Origin: a bacterium
GTDB taxonomy: Bacteria; Zhuqueibacterota; Zhuqueibacteria; Residuimicrobiales; Krinioviventaceae
Direction: 5' to 3'
DNA length: 64,000 bases
Assembly (NCBI GenBank): GCA_963675755.2
Contig: CAXXMD010000002.1
Location: 832,001 to 896,000 of the forward strand
The position numbers and the translations under genes were made by a program. Positions 9,215 to 18,263 of the stretch are shown piece by piece. Positions within the stretch are counted from its first letter, which is position 1, and each line of letters begins with the position of its first letter. The notes below the pieces were generated by a model. That model did not search any database. It worked only from the letters and a program-made list of their open reading frames with translations, and was not told where the DNA came from.

Positions 9215-9787
9215 ATGAATCAGGAACAACTTGAATCAGTAATACAATTAGCTCAACAGGGTGATCAGAAAGCTCTGGGTGAATTAATTGATACATTCGC
9301 GGAATCCGTACATGGTTTTATCTACCATATTATCGGTAGACGAAATGATGTTGAGGATCTGGCTCAGGATACATTTATTAAAATGATATCCGGTTTGAAA
9401 TATTATCAACCCAAAGCCCCTTTCAGGGCCTGGCTCTTTCGCATTACTCTGAATGTATGCAGAGATTATATGCGTAAGAAAAAAGTTAGGAATATTGTTT
9501 CATTTATCACACAGGATTATTATGAAGAAGAAGATATTATTATTACAGATTCTTCTCCAAATCCTGAAAAAGAAATGATTATTAAAGATTCGATGGAACA
9601 ATTAGAAAAAGCGGTACAACAATTGCCATACCCATTGAAAACAGTTTTTTTGTTGCGTGACGTTCAGGAATTATCTTATGAAGAAATTGCAGAAACGTTA
9701 AACTGGCAATTAGGTACAGTTAAATCAAGGTTATTCAGAGCAAGAAATGAAATTGCTCAACTATTAAATACATTAAAGGAAAAATAG
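9215..9787 (+). CDS. ECF RNA polymerase sigma factor
   Basis: VEDLAQDTFIK, FRAWLFRITLNVCRD (region 2); LSYEEIAETL...GTVKSRLFRAR (region 4). Confidence 0.95.
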   Translation: MNQEQLESVIQLAQQGDQKALGELIDTFAESVHGFIYHIIGRRNDVEDLAQDTFIKMISGLKYYQPKAPFRAWLFRITLNVCRDYMRKKKVRNIVSFITQDYYEEEDIIITDSSPNPEKEMIIKDSMEQLEKAVQQLPYPLKTVFLLRDVQELSYEEIAETLNWQLGTVKSRLFRARNEIAQLLNTLKEK

Positions 9788-9788
9788 T

Positions 9789-10187
9789 ATGAAACGTTTT
9801 GTAAAAAAAATGTTTGCAAACTATGACCGAATGAACAAAGAAAATATAACGACTCCCAATAAGCAAACTGCCGAAATTATTGAACAAGCAAAAGCTTTGC
9901 GTGACTATCCCGTCTCACCATTTTTCACTCAAAGAGTTTTAGCAAACGCAAAAGCTATGAATCGAGAGGTTTGGGATTACATGAACTTTATTCCCCAATC
10001 CAAAATGCGTTTAGCCATGATCACACTGGTTCTGCTTATTGTTACTGTGATCAATATTCCCGTCAACGACCAAGACACAGCACAAGCGCAATCCAGCTCA
10101 GATTTTCAGTATATCGTTAGTGGTGAAACCAGTAATATGAATCTCGATACGAATGATAAAGTATTGCAATTTGCTTTATCAAACTAG
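9789..10187 (+). CDS. Putative anti-sigma factor (single-pass membrane protein)
   Basis: 1 bp after the sigma stop; VSPFFTQRVLA motif followed by one TM segment. Confidence 0.65.
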   Translation: MKRFVKKMFANYDRMNKENITTPNKQTAEIIEQAKALRDYPVSPFFTQRVLANAKAMNREVWDYMNFIPQSKMRLAMITLVLLIVTVINIPVNDQDTAQAQSSSDFQYIVSGETSNMNLDTNDKVLQFALSN

Positions 10188-10200
10188 TTGTTAGGAGTGG

Positions 10201-10608
10201 ATGATGCTTAGATCTCAAAAAATGGCGATTACCAGTTTGGTTCTGATCTTTTTGTTCGGAATCTTTTGCGGCATCGCATCTGAACGTTTCATCTTTGACA
10301 AGTTCAAACGTCATGGCGGCAAGCACAAAGGTCAATTTGAACAAAAACTGACCAAAAGACTTGAATTAAATAATGATCAGATTGCAAACCTAAAGGTGTT
10401 GCTCAAAGATGTAAAAAGACAGCATGATGAAATTCGTCAGGCAGACAAACCCGAGTTTGACAGTGTTCGAGTGGATTTTGACAGGAAATTTAACCTGATA
10501 TTGACCAAAGAACAACAAGATGAATTTGCAAGAATGCAGACTGAATGGAACCAGAAAAGAAAGGATATTGAAGCACATGGTGTAAAGGAGAAAAAAGAAA
10601 AAGAATAA
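10201..10608 (+). CDS. Periplasmic Spy/CpxP-like (heavy-metal sensor-type) helical protein
   Basis: TM anchor (LVLIFLFGIFCG); LELNNDQ and ILTKEQQ LTxxQ-like motifs; RBS AGGAG. Confidence 0.7.
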   Translation: MMLRSQKMAITSLVLIFLFGIFCGIASERFIFDKFKRHGGKHKGQFEQKLTKRLELNNDQIANLKVLLKDVKRQHDEIRQADKPEFDSVRVDFDRKFNLILTKEQQDEFARMQTEWNQKRKDIEAHGVKEKKEKE

Positions 10609-10707
10609 TAATTCTCAATCTTTATTTATAATTCCAGGCCATTTTTGCTACAATAACTATTGACCCTAAAACCTGAAAATTATCAAGATAACTATTCAAA
10701 ATTCGAA

Positions 10708-11796
10708 TTATTTTTTCTTGTAATTCTTACCTTCCTGTTTATAGAGTTTGGTCCATTTTTCCTTATCCGCCCTATTCACTCCCATCTTTTGTTTGTCGTT
10801 AAAATACTGGGCTTCCCTGATCATTTTTTGATAGCTTTCATAACGGTCTTCATCCAGTTCCCCATCAATTACAGCTTGTTTAACGGCACAATTGGGTTCT
10901 TTTAAATGTTTGCAATCGTTGAATTTACAATACTGAGCAAATTCTTCAATTTCCTGAAAAGTGTCTTCAACATCATCTTCACCTGCCATGAGTACAATTT
11001 CACGCATCCCAGGATTATCCATTATTAATCCACCATCAGGCAACAGGATCAATTCCCTGTTTGTTGTTGTATGCTGACCCTTGTTAACACTTTCACTAAT
11101 TTCACCGATTTTTTGTCGGTCGTTTCCCAACAATTTATTAATAATTGTTGATTTCCCAACACCGGATGATCCCAGTAAAGCAACAGTAGTTCCTGTTTTA
11201 AAATATGATTTAAATAAATCAAGATTATCATCAGTTATAGCGCTTATTGCATGAATAGGGACACCAAATGCAACATTCTCAATATCAGATATAATTGAGT
11301 CAATATCATCACATAAATCCACTTTATTTAAAACAACTACAGGGTTGGCTCCGCTGTTATACACAAGGGTAAGATAGCGTTCAATACGACGCAAATTATA
11401 ATCCCGGTCAAGACCGGCTACAATAAATATTGTATCAACATTTGCCCCAATGAGTTGTTTTTCTGAGGTGCTAAGATTTTGCTTTTTTCTATTTCCCGCA
11501 GCAATTCTTGAAATTTGAGTTGTGCGTGTTAAAATGGCTTCTATAACACCGGAACCATCTTCAAGTAATCGAATTACAACCCAGTCACCAACTGTTGGTA
11601 AATCCAGTTTAGATTCGGCTTTGTGTCTTATTTTGCCGGCAAGTTTTGCTGTTACTTCTTTATCTTTAGTGAGCACAAGATATTCAGATTTTTGTTCAAG
11701 AAATATTCTACCAGGCATAATATCCAGAGCATTAAAATTGGCAAACTCTGATTCAAAACTCGAATTCCACCCTAGCTGCAATAATCTTTCGTTCAT
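10708..11796 (-). CDS. rsgA: Small ribosomal subunit biogenesis GTPase RsgA
   Basis: PTVGDWV OB fold; NKVD; GSSGVGKS; GQHTTT; DNPGMRE; CKFNDCKH...EPNCAV zinc finger. Confidence 0.97.
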   Translation of the reverse strand: MNERLLQLGWNSSFESEFANFNALDIMPGRIFLEQKSEYLVLTKDKEVTAKLAGKIRHKAESKLDLPTVGDWVVIRLLEDGSGVIEAILTRTTQISRIAAGNRKKQNLSTSEKQLIGANVDTIFIVAGLDRDYNLRRIERYLTLVYNSGANPVVVLNKVDLCDDIDSIISDIENVAFGVPIHAISAITDDNLDLFKSYFKTGTTVALLGSSGVGKSTIINKLLGNDRQKIGEISESVNKGQHTTTNRELILLPDGGLIMDNPGMREIVLMAGEDDVEDTFQEIEEFAQYCKFNDCKHLKEPNCAVKQAVIDGELDEDRYESYQKMIREAQYFNDKQKMGVNRADKEKWTKLYKQEGKNYKKK

Positions 11797-11798
11797 TA

Positions 11799-13010
11799 TT
11801 ATAATATATCCTTTTTGCGATTGCCATAGGCATGCGCTAATCCACCAAATGATGTTTCACGATACAATGAAGGTAAATCATGACCTGTTTTCCTCATTAC
11901 ATCTACGACTTCATCAAAATCTATATGATGTGTGCCATCAGAAAAAATCGCATAATCCGCGCACCCAAGTGCACGCGTTGCAGCATGCGCATTTCGTTCA
12001 ATACATGGAATTTGGACCAATCCCTGTACAGGATCACATGTTAAACCCAAATGATGTTCCAATCCCATTTCAGCAGCATATTCAATTTGACGAATAGTTC
12101 CACCTAGTAACTGCGTGGCAGCAGCAGATGCCATAGCACAGGCTGTTCCGACTTCGCCCTGGCATCCCACCTCAGCTCCGGAAATGGATGCATTATATTT
12201 TACAAGATTCCCCACTAAACCTGCTGTGGCCAAAGCACGCAGTATATGTTTTTCATTACATTTAATGGTTTCAAAAAGGTATCTCATAACAGCTGGCAAA
12301 ACTCCACACGAACCACAGGTTGGTGCGGTAACTATAATTTGTCCATTTGCATTTTCTTCATTAACTGCAAGAGCATATGATGTTAACAGTGCATTTTGTT
12401 TGAAATGCGGACCGGATAATTGAGCTTTACGATAATACGAGCATGCTTTACGTGGTAAACCCAAGCCACCAGGAAGAACACCTTCTTCAACTATTCCACG
12501 TTCAATTGATTCGTTCATAACAGACCAAACCTGTGTAAGGAAATCCCATATTTCCGGGCCTTCCACAAATTCTACATATTCCCAAAAAGACTGGCCGGTT
12601 TTTAGCAAATGTTCAAGTATTGATTTCATCGTACGTAAAGGGTAAATTGATTTATCCTCTTGCTTAATACCTTCACTAATTGCACCACCGCCAATACTAA
12701 ATACTTCCCAGGTATCTGTCACTTGAGCTTTAGAATCAAGTGCCTCAAAACGCATACCATTGGGATGAAATGGTAATGACTCATCCGGTTTCCAAACAAG
12801 CTCTAATTTATCGTCACCAAGAACTTGATGTAAAACGATATCTGTGAGATGGCCTTTACCTGTTGCAGCAAGGCTTGCATACAAGGTTACACGAAAAGAT
12901 TCAGCTTGAGGATTCCTCTCAAGAAAAATCTCCGCGGAATGTCTAGGTGCCATTGTATGACTGCTTGATGGGCCGGCACCAATTCTGAACAATTCTTTAA
13001 TAGATTCCAT
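11799..13010 (-). CDS. sdaA: L-serine dehydratase (Fe-S, single chain)
   Basis: GPSSSHT; SLAATGKGH; TAPTCGSCG; SGAEVGCQGEVG; LGLTCDP...QIPCIERN; YRETS. Confidence 0.95.
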   Translation of the reverse strand: MESIKELFRIGAGPSSSHTMAPRHSAEIFLERNPQAESFRVTLYASLAATGKGHLTDIVLHQVLGDDKLELVWKPDESLPFHPNGMRFEALDSKAQVTDTWEVFSIGGGAISEGIKQEDKSIYPLRTMKSILEHLLKTGQSFWEYVEFVEGPEIWDFLTQVWSVMNESIERGIVEEGVLPGGLGLPRKACSYYRKAQLSGPHFKQNALLTSYALAVNEENANGQIIVTAPTCGSCGVLPAVMRYLFETIKCNEKHILRALATAGLVGNLVKYNASISGAEVGCQGEVGTACAMASAAATQLLGGTIRQIEYAAEMGLEHHLGLTCDPVQGLVQIPCIERNAHAATRALGCADYAIFSDGTHHIDFDEVVDVMRKTGHDLPSLYRETSFGGLAHAYGNRKKDIL

Positions 13011-13075
13011 TATATATCCGGATTCAAAATAAAACTTTTAATTTTAATATAATTAATCATTAAATCAAAGGCAAG

Positions 13076-14002
13076 CTATCGTGAAAAAAGAGGTCCTTCA
13101 GGTTTTTCAGGCCAGGGCAGGTTGTTTTTGTCGAGATAATTTTTAAGCTTAAAACCTAGCATTTTGTAAATCAATTTTGCAACTGCAAAAACAGAATTTA
13201 CATCATCATTTTGCAGGCTCAGTTCTACAATATCAAATCCTACTACTTTTTTATATTTGAAAATACTATAGAGAATTTCCATAATCTCATGCCACAAGAA
13301 ACCACCGGGTTCAGGTGTACCGGTACTTCGTATTACACTCCAGTCAAAAACATCAACATCCAGCGTTATGAAAACAGGATCAGGTAACTCTGCCAACGCT
13401 TTTTCAAGATCAAAACCCTCATAACGGATTTTATGCATGCTTATACATTGAATGTTGTTTTCTTTGACTATTTTAGCTTCAACAGCTTCCATACTACGTA
13501 TACCGAGTTGCAATGTATGAGTTGACATTTCTCGAATTCTTGACATAACAGAAGCATGGCTAAATTTACTGCCCATATATTGATCACGTAAATCTGAATG
13601 TGCATCGAGTTGTATACAGGTTAATTGTCCATAATGCTCTGTCAATGCTTTAAAATATCCTGAACTGATTGAATGATCACCACCAATAACGACAGTGAAT
13701 TTACCTTTTTCAATTAACGCTTTGGTTTCATTGTAAAGCACATCAAGCATTGCTGATGGTTCTGCAGGTATTACAGGTGTATCTATAGTAGTAATTCCCA
13801 TACGGTAAGGTTCAGCATCAATAACTTCATCATATAATTCAAGTTGAGAAGATGCTTCTAAAACGGCGTCGGGTGCTTTTGCTGTACCAACCCCATACGA
13901 AACACCTCCTTCGTATGGGAAAGGTAAAAGGGCAACAGCAGAATTTTCAAAATCTGTAAATTCAGATTCAATATCGAGATATTGAATGGGGTTTAACTTC
14001 AT
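13076..14002 (-). CDS. speB: Agmatinase / ureohydrolase
   Basis: GGDHS, DAHSD, SHAS, LDVDVFD, TGTPEPGG, GFDIVE Mn-binding motifs. Confidence 0.9.
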   Translation of the reverse strand: MKLNPIQYLDIESEFTDFENSAVALLPFPYEGGVSYGVGTAKAPDAVLEASSQLELYDEVIDAEPYRMGITTIDTPVIPAEPSAMLDVLYNETKALIEKGKFTVVIGGDHSISSGYFKALTEHYGQLTCIQLDAHSDLRDQYMGSKFSHASVMSRIREMSTHTLQLGIRSMEAVEAKIVKENNIQCISMHKIRYEGFDLEKALAELPDPVFITLDVDVFDWSVIRSTGTPEPGGFLWHEIMEILYSIFKYKKVVGFDIVELSLQNDDVNSVFAVAKLIYKMLGFKLKNYLDKNNLPWPEKPEGPLFSR

Positions 14003-15069
14003 CTTGAGGTATCCAGCTTTTCTATAAATTGGGGTAATTGATTAATAATATTTTTAGGCTCTTTATTATCACATAAATCATAAACATAAAAAGCCAGTAA
14101 TGGAAAAATGATACTGTAATCCCCCCAAATCTGTACAAGCTTGTCCTGATCAGCAGAATGATACTTGCCCCATGTTACAGCCTCACCAAAAGTACAACCA
14201 GAAAGACTGCCTTCTCTTTCCAATGCAGTTCCAATCTGTAATCCTCTATCAGCACCTTCAAAGTCAATAGAAAGAATCTGACTTATTGTTGGGCCGGTTT
14301 GCTGTATAAAGTTTTTAGGGCCTCCACCTCCCAGCTCTACAAAACCAGTTGCCGGAGATGAATAAGCTATTGCCGCGGAATCAAAAACATCTTTTTGACC
14401 AGACAACCTTACAGGGTAACCTTCTCTGTCAGTTCTGGCAAGATTCATTGCTATAGAATGATTTGATAAAGAATCCCAAAATATCGGGACTCCTAAACGT
14501 GCCGCAGTAGCAGTAAAACTCAATTCAGGATGAGGAGCATTCTCAAGCACCCACATACCAAGATGATAATTAAACTCCCAGCTTGACATTACTTTATTTT
14601 CAAGCTCATCATATTTTTCAATAATAAATTTTCTTATTATTTCATCCTGAGCTTCAAGTGTTTCTTTTTCACGGATACCAATATCATAAATACGGGTATC
14701 GCCATATTGACGAAGTATATCATCGTCCCAATCTGGATTAATAGATTTAACAGGCAAACTGAATGCAAAATGTAAATCATGGTAAACCTGTGCTCCGGTA
14801 GAACAAATAACATCTATATATCCGGATTCGAGTAAAGATATGACCATACCACCCATACCGCCGGCAATTCCTGCTCCAGCTATACCCAGCCAAATCACAT
14901 CATTATCATTGATCATTCGTTTATAAAGATCAGCACCTCTAAAAACATTTCGGGCTTCAAAACTGGTTTCCCCCATAAATTTGACCAACTGGGGTATACT
15001 TGAATTTTGTTTAATTTTATTTGGAACAAGATTTGGGAAATCGTGAAACATGGATTTATAATGAGTCAT
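13999..15069 (-). CDS. Deoxyhypusine synthase-like protein (SpeY/homospermidine-forming type)
   Basis: STGAQVYHD; RIYD; GGGGPKNF; GSLSGCTFGEAVTWGK with the catalytic-equivalent Lys. Start ATG 15069 or TTG 15090. Confidence 0.9.
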   Translation of the reverse strand: MTHYKSMFHDFPNLVPNKIKQNSSIPQLVKFMGETSFEARNVFRGADLYKRMINDNDVIWLGIAGAGIAGGMGGMVISLLESGYIDVICSTGAQVYHDLHFAFSLPVKSINPDWDDDILRQYGDTRIYDIGIREKETLEAQDEIIRKFIIEKYDELENKVMSSWEFNYHLGMWVLENAPHPELSFTATAARLGVPIFWDSLSNHSIAMNLARTDREGYPVRLSGQKDVFDSAAIAYSSPATGFVELGGGGPKNFIQQTGPTISQILSIDFEGADRGLQIGTALEREGSLSGCTFGEAVTWGKYHSADQDKLVQIWGDYSIIFPLLAFYVYDLCDNKEPKNIINQLPQFIEKLDTSR

Positions 15070-15082
15070 ATCTTCTCTTTTC

Positions 15083-15637
15083 TCAGTCAAGTAACATTAC
15101 AGCACATGATACAACGGTTGTATACAGACCATCTTTATGGCCCTTTGCAGATTTGGCAATACTACGACTAACAAATTGTTTCTGTCCTACAATGTACAAT
15201 TCTCTTCTCTCATCCCAGGCAGCGTCAGGATCAAGTTCTACACCCAAAGTAGATGCAAGCATAGTGGCGGCAAGGTCTTCAGCAAAATCACCAGATGTCT
15301 TGGCAGATTCCCCAAAAGCATGGTGTTCACTGATATACCCATACTGTTTTTTATCTTTGGGTTGAGCAAGACCAATAGCAGCAGAAAGTAGACGGTTTGG
15401 CTCGTTTGTGCATTCTCTTGCCAGCACGACAAATGTTATTTGTCCAGCCCTCAAACTATCCATTCCTTCTTTCTTGGTAATTATTTTACAGGCAGGGGGA
15501 AAAATACTGGATACCTGCACAAGGTTACATTTTTCAATTCCTGCATCACGCAATGCAAGTTCAAAGCTTTGCAGTTTGTTTTTATGATAACCTACACCTT
15601 TGGTGAAAAACATACGCTTGGGAATAAAATTGTTCAA
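15083..15637 (-). CDS. pdaD: Pyruvoyl-dependent arginine decarboxylase
   Basis: SFELALRDAGIEKCNLVQVS/SIFP self-cleavage site; GYISEHH; AEDLAATMLASTLG. TTG start behind AAGGAG. Confidence 0.92.
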   Translation of the reverse strand: MNNFIPKRMFFTKGVGYHKNKLQSFELALRDAGIEKCNLVQVSSIFPPACKIITKKEGMDSLRAGQITFVVLARECTNEPNRLLSAAIGLAQPKDKKQYGYISEHHAFGESAKTSGDFAEDLAATMLASTLGVELDPDAAWDERRELYIVGQKQFVSRSIAKSAKGHKDGLYTTVVSCAVMLLD

Positions 15638-15679
15638 CTCGTTTCTCCTTAATAAAGATTTAATAAATAAAAAGGAAAA

Positions 15680-15708
15680 AAATTAATGATATAATTTTTC
15701 TTTTGCAA
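15680..15708 (-). promoter_or_regulatory. Sigma70-type promoter of the polyamine operon
   Basis: Minus strand TTGCAA-N17-TAATTT. Confidence 0.5.
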
Positions 15709-15747
15709 CAATTATTTTTCAATCAGTTTTCATGACAAAATGCATTA

Positions 15748-17163
15748 TCAATTTTGTATTCGTATAAATTCAATACGTCGATTTAGCGCTCTGCCTTCCT
15801 CGGTTGAATTGGTTGCAATAGGTTTATCGGGACCAAAGCCTACGGTTTCAATTCGTTCAGTACCAATACCTTTGAAAACGAGATAACTTTTAACAGATTC
15901 AGCTCGCATACCGGATAAACGTATATTTAAATCTCTTGAACCGGTATTATCAGTATGGCCACGTACCTGAACAGACATTTCAGGATAATCTACCAGTGTT
16001 CGATATACAGCGTCAAGTACCACTTTAGCATTATCTGATAATTCAGCGCTACCGGATTTAAAGGTAACACCTTTTAGTATGATTGGTGCTTTTGTTTCAA
16101 TCATGACTTCGGGTTTTTTATCGGGACAACCATCATTGTCTTCAAAACCATTAACTGTTTCTGCTTCATTCGGACACTTATCTAAATTATCCGGGATTCC
16201 ATCTTTATCATTATCAGGATCAGGGCATCCATCTTCATCCTGAAATCCATCTTTATCTTCAGCTTTTAACGGACATTTATCATTTTTATCTAGAATACCA
16301 TCATTGTCATTATCCGGATCGGGTATACCATCATTATCCTGAAAACCATCCAAGTCTTCAGGATCATTGGGAGCTTTATCTAAAGCATCTGCAATTCCAT
16401 CTCCATCATTATCATAATCCGGACATCCATCTTCATCCTGAAATCCATCAAAATCTTCTGGAACTCCCGGGCATTCATCCAGCTTGTCTTCTATACCATC
16501 ATTATCCGTATCTTTCCAGCCACCAAAGTAAAAATTAAGGCCAAATCGTGCTTCAATATTTCCTGTTTGCACATCACCAAAACCAGACATATCTTTATTC
16601 TGAGCAAAGAGCTGCTGATATCTTAGAGAAAAATCAAAAGCAAAATTCTCACCAACAAAAAACTCTGATCCTGCCCCTATATTTAACAGGGCATTTTTTT
16701 GCATTCCTGATATTTTTTCACCTTTGGGTGTTATAGGAATAACTGAATCATTGTTGCTGATATTGCGTAAATCCCAAAAAAGAATACCAAAACCACCAAT
16801 GAAATAAGGATTAATGGCTTTATCTGGTAATAAATTATATTTCATGTTAACCGTAACCGGGTATAAATATGTTCGAAACGGGCTACCTGGTTTTACAAGA
16901 ACATATTTCCCCAATCCGGATTTTGAATCATCAAAGGATCTGTCCCAACCAAACGCCAAGTCTACATTGATTCCATATTTGGGATTGATTGTATAACCGG
17001 CATTTAATCCAAACCATGGACTTGCCATACTATCATCCTGTTCACCACCAACAAGTTTTGTAACACTACCAAAAACACCGAATTGCACTTTACCCGTGCT
17101 TTGTTCACTAAAAACTAAACCCGCCATACACAACAAAACAATCACAACATTGTAGCGTTTCAT
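15748..17163 (-). CDS. OmpA-family outer membrane protein (beta-barrel + thrombospondin type-3 repeats + OmpA_C)
   Basis: Signal peptide; 8-strand barrel-like N half; DxDxDGIxDxxDxCP/DGFQDEDGCPD repeats; GHTDN...LSGMRAESV...NRRIEF. Start at ATG 17163 behind GGAGG. Confidence 0.93.
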   Translation of the reverse strand: MKRYNVVIVLLCMAGLVFSEQSTGKVQFGVFGSVTKLVGGEQDDSMASPWFGLNAGYTINPKYGINVDLAFGWDRSFDDSKSGLGKYVLVKPGSPFRTYLYPVTVNMKYNLLPDKAINPYFIGGFGILFWDLRNISNNDSVIPITPKGEKISGMQKNALLNIGAGSEFFVGENFAFDFSLRYQQLFAQNKDMSGFGDVQTGNIEARFGLNFYFGGWKDTDNDGIEDKLDECPGVPEDFDGFQDEDGCPDYDNDGDGIADALDKAPNDPEDLDGFQDNDGIPDPDNDNDGILDKNDKCPLKAEDKDGFQDEDGCPDPDNDKDGIPDNLDKCPNEAETVNGFEDNDGCPDKKPEVMIETKAPIILKGVTFKSGSAELSDNAKVVLDAVYRTLVDYPEMSVQVRGHTDNTGSRDLNIRLSGMRAESVKSYLVFKGIGTERIETVGFGPDKPIATNSTEEGRALNRRIEFIRIQN

Positions 17164-17244
17164 CTCACCCTCCCCGGTTTTCCGCCGGCACAAGCTTGTA
17201 GTTTTATTTAGACATCATAATTTGAAATAATTAACCCTTGAATA

Positions 17245-17273
17245 ATTATATCAAGTTTATATACCAATATCAA
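17245..17273 (-). promoter_or_regulatory. Near-consensus sigma70 promoter of the ompA-like gene
   Basis: Minus strand TTGATA-N17-TATAAT. Confidence 0.7.
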
Positions 17274-17304
17274 GGGAAAAATTACAAAAATGAAATTGGA
17301 AAAA

Positions 17305-18138
17305 TTATGTTCCTTCATCTGGCATACCTTCTGGGGTAATAGCTTTATTGCGTAAACATGTAATAATTTCAGAGGCTATCTCTTCAATGGGCTTGTTTGT
17401 CACATTAATAATTTGCCAATTGGGGTGATGGCTGTATAAACGGTTGGCATATCTTAGTTCATTTTGTACATGTTGAAGTTGTGCATAACTGCCTGTTTTG
17501 CCGCCAAGATAGTCATCACGTGCTTTTCTTAATACGGATAAACGGGTAGCATCGGTTGTTAAACCAAATACCCGATCATTGGGTATATCAAATATTTCCT
17601 GAGGTAATGGTATATCAAGAACGATGGGTATATTGGAAACCATCCACCCCTTGAATGCCAAATAAATACTTAATGGCGTCTTAAAAGTTCTCGAAACACC
17701 CAATAAAACTATCTCAGCACGTTCTACTTGATTAATTCGCAATCCATCATCATGCCGAAATGCAAATTCCATTGCCTCAATACGTTTAAAATAAGATTTA
17801 TTCAATTCTCTGAACAGACCGGGTTTTCCAACGGGATTAATGTCCAATAATACTGTTAACTGGGCCAAAAGCGGTCCCATTAAATCAATGGTTTCAATAT
17901 TGAACAACTTTTTATTCTCTTCAATTATACTTCGTAACTCATCTGATACAACTGTATGAGCTATAAAGGCATTAGTTTGAGAGGCTTCTTTAAAAACAGC
18001 CAAAACTTCATCCTTGCATGTAACACCTGGTCTGGTATGTATCGTCACCCTGTCTTCTGTAAACTGGGTCAAGGCAGCGTTTAACATTTGTTCTGCGGTT
18101 TTACCTGTTCCATCAGATATAATGTAAATTGAATTCAT
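17305..18138 (-). CDS. ppsR: Pyruvate,phosphate/water dikinase regulatory protein (DUF299)
   Basis: ISDGTGKTAE; YFKRIEAMEFAFRHDDG; GVSRTFKTPLSIYLA; KPIEEIA. Confidence 0.92.
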   Translation of the reverse strand: MNSIYIISDGTGKTAEQMLNAALTQFTEDRVTIHTRPGVTCKDEVLAVFKEASQTNAFIAHTVVSDELRSIIEENKKLFNIETIDLMGPLLAQLTVLLDINPVGKPGLFRELNKSYFKRIEAMEFAFRHDDGLRINQVERAEIVLLGVSRTFKTPLSIYLAFKGWMVSNIPIVLDIPLPQEIFDIPNDRVFGLTTDATRLSVLRKARDDYLGGKTGSYAQLQHVQNELRYANRLYSHHPNWQIINVTNKPIEEIASEIITCLRNKAITPEGMPDEGT

Positions 18139-18190
18139 AATTCTTTTTCCTTTTTTGCCCTGTTTTGTTTATAGAACAACGTATTTGTCA

Positions 18191-18219
18191 TTGCATATTT
18201 CTATATTTTTTGTTAATTT
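18191..18219 (+). promoter_or_regulatory. Sigma70-type promoter of the dehydrogenase-queH unit
   Basis: TTGCAT-N17-TAATTT. Confidence 0.5.
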
Positions 18220-18263
18220 TTAAATAAATAACGCTAAACATAACGACAAGACAAGCAGAGATC

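Noticed and set aside
13999-15090. EF-P/eIF5A hypusination system
   Set aside because: Context (decarboxylase + ureohydrolase, no efp) points to polyamine synthesis, and hypusination is not established in bacteria.
16110-16520. Repeated DNA words (e.g. catccatcttcatcctgaaatccatc twice) resembling a repeat array
   Set aside because: They are in-frame thrombospondin type-3 repeats of the OmpA protein. There is no constant repeat/unique spacer structure and no cas genes.
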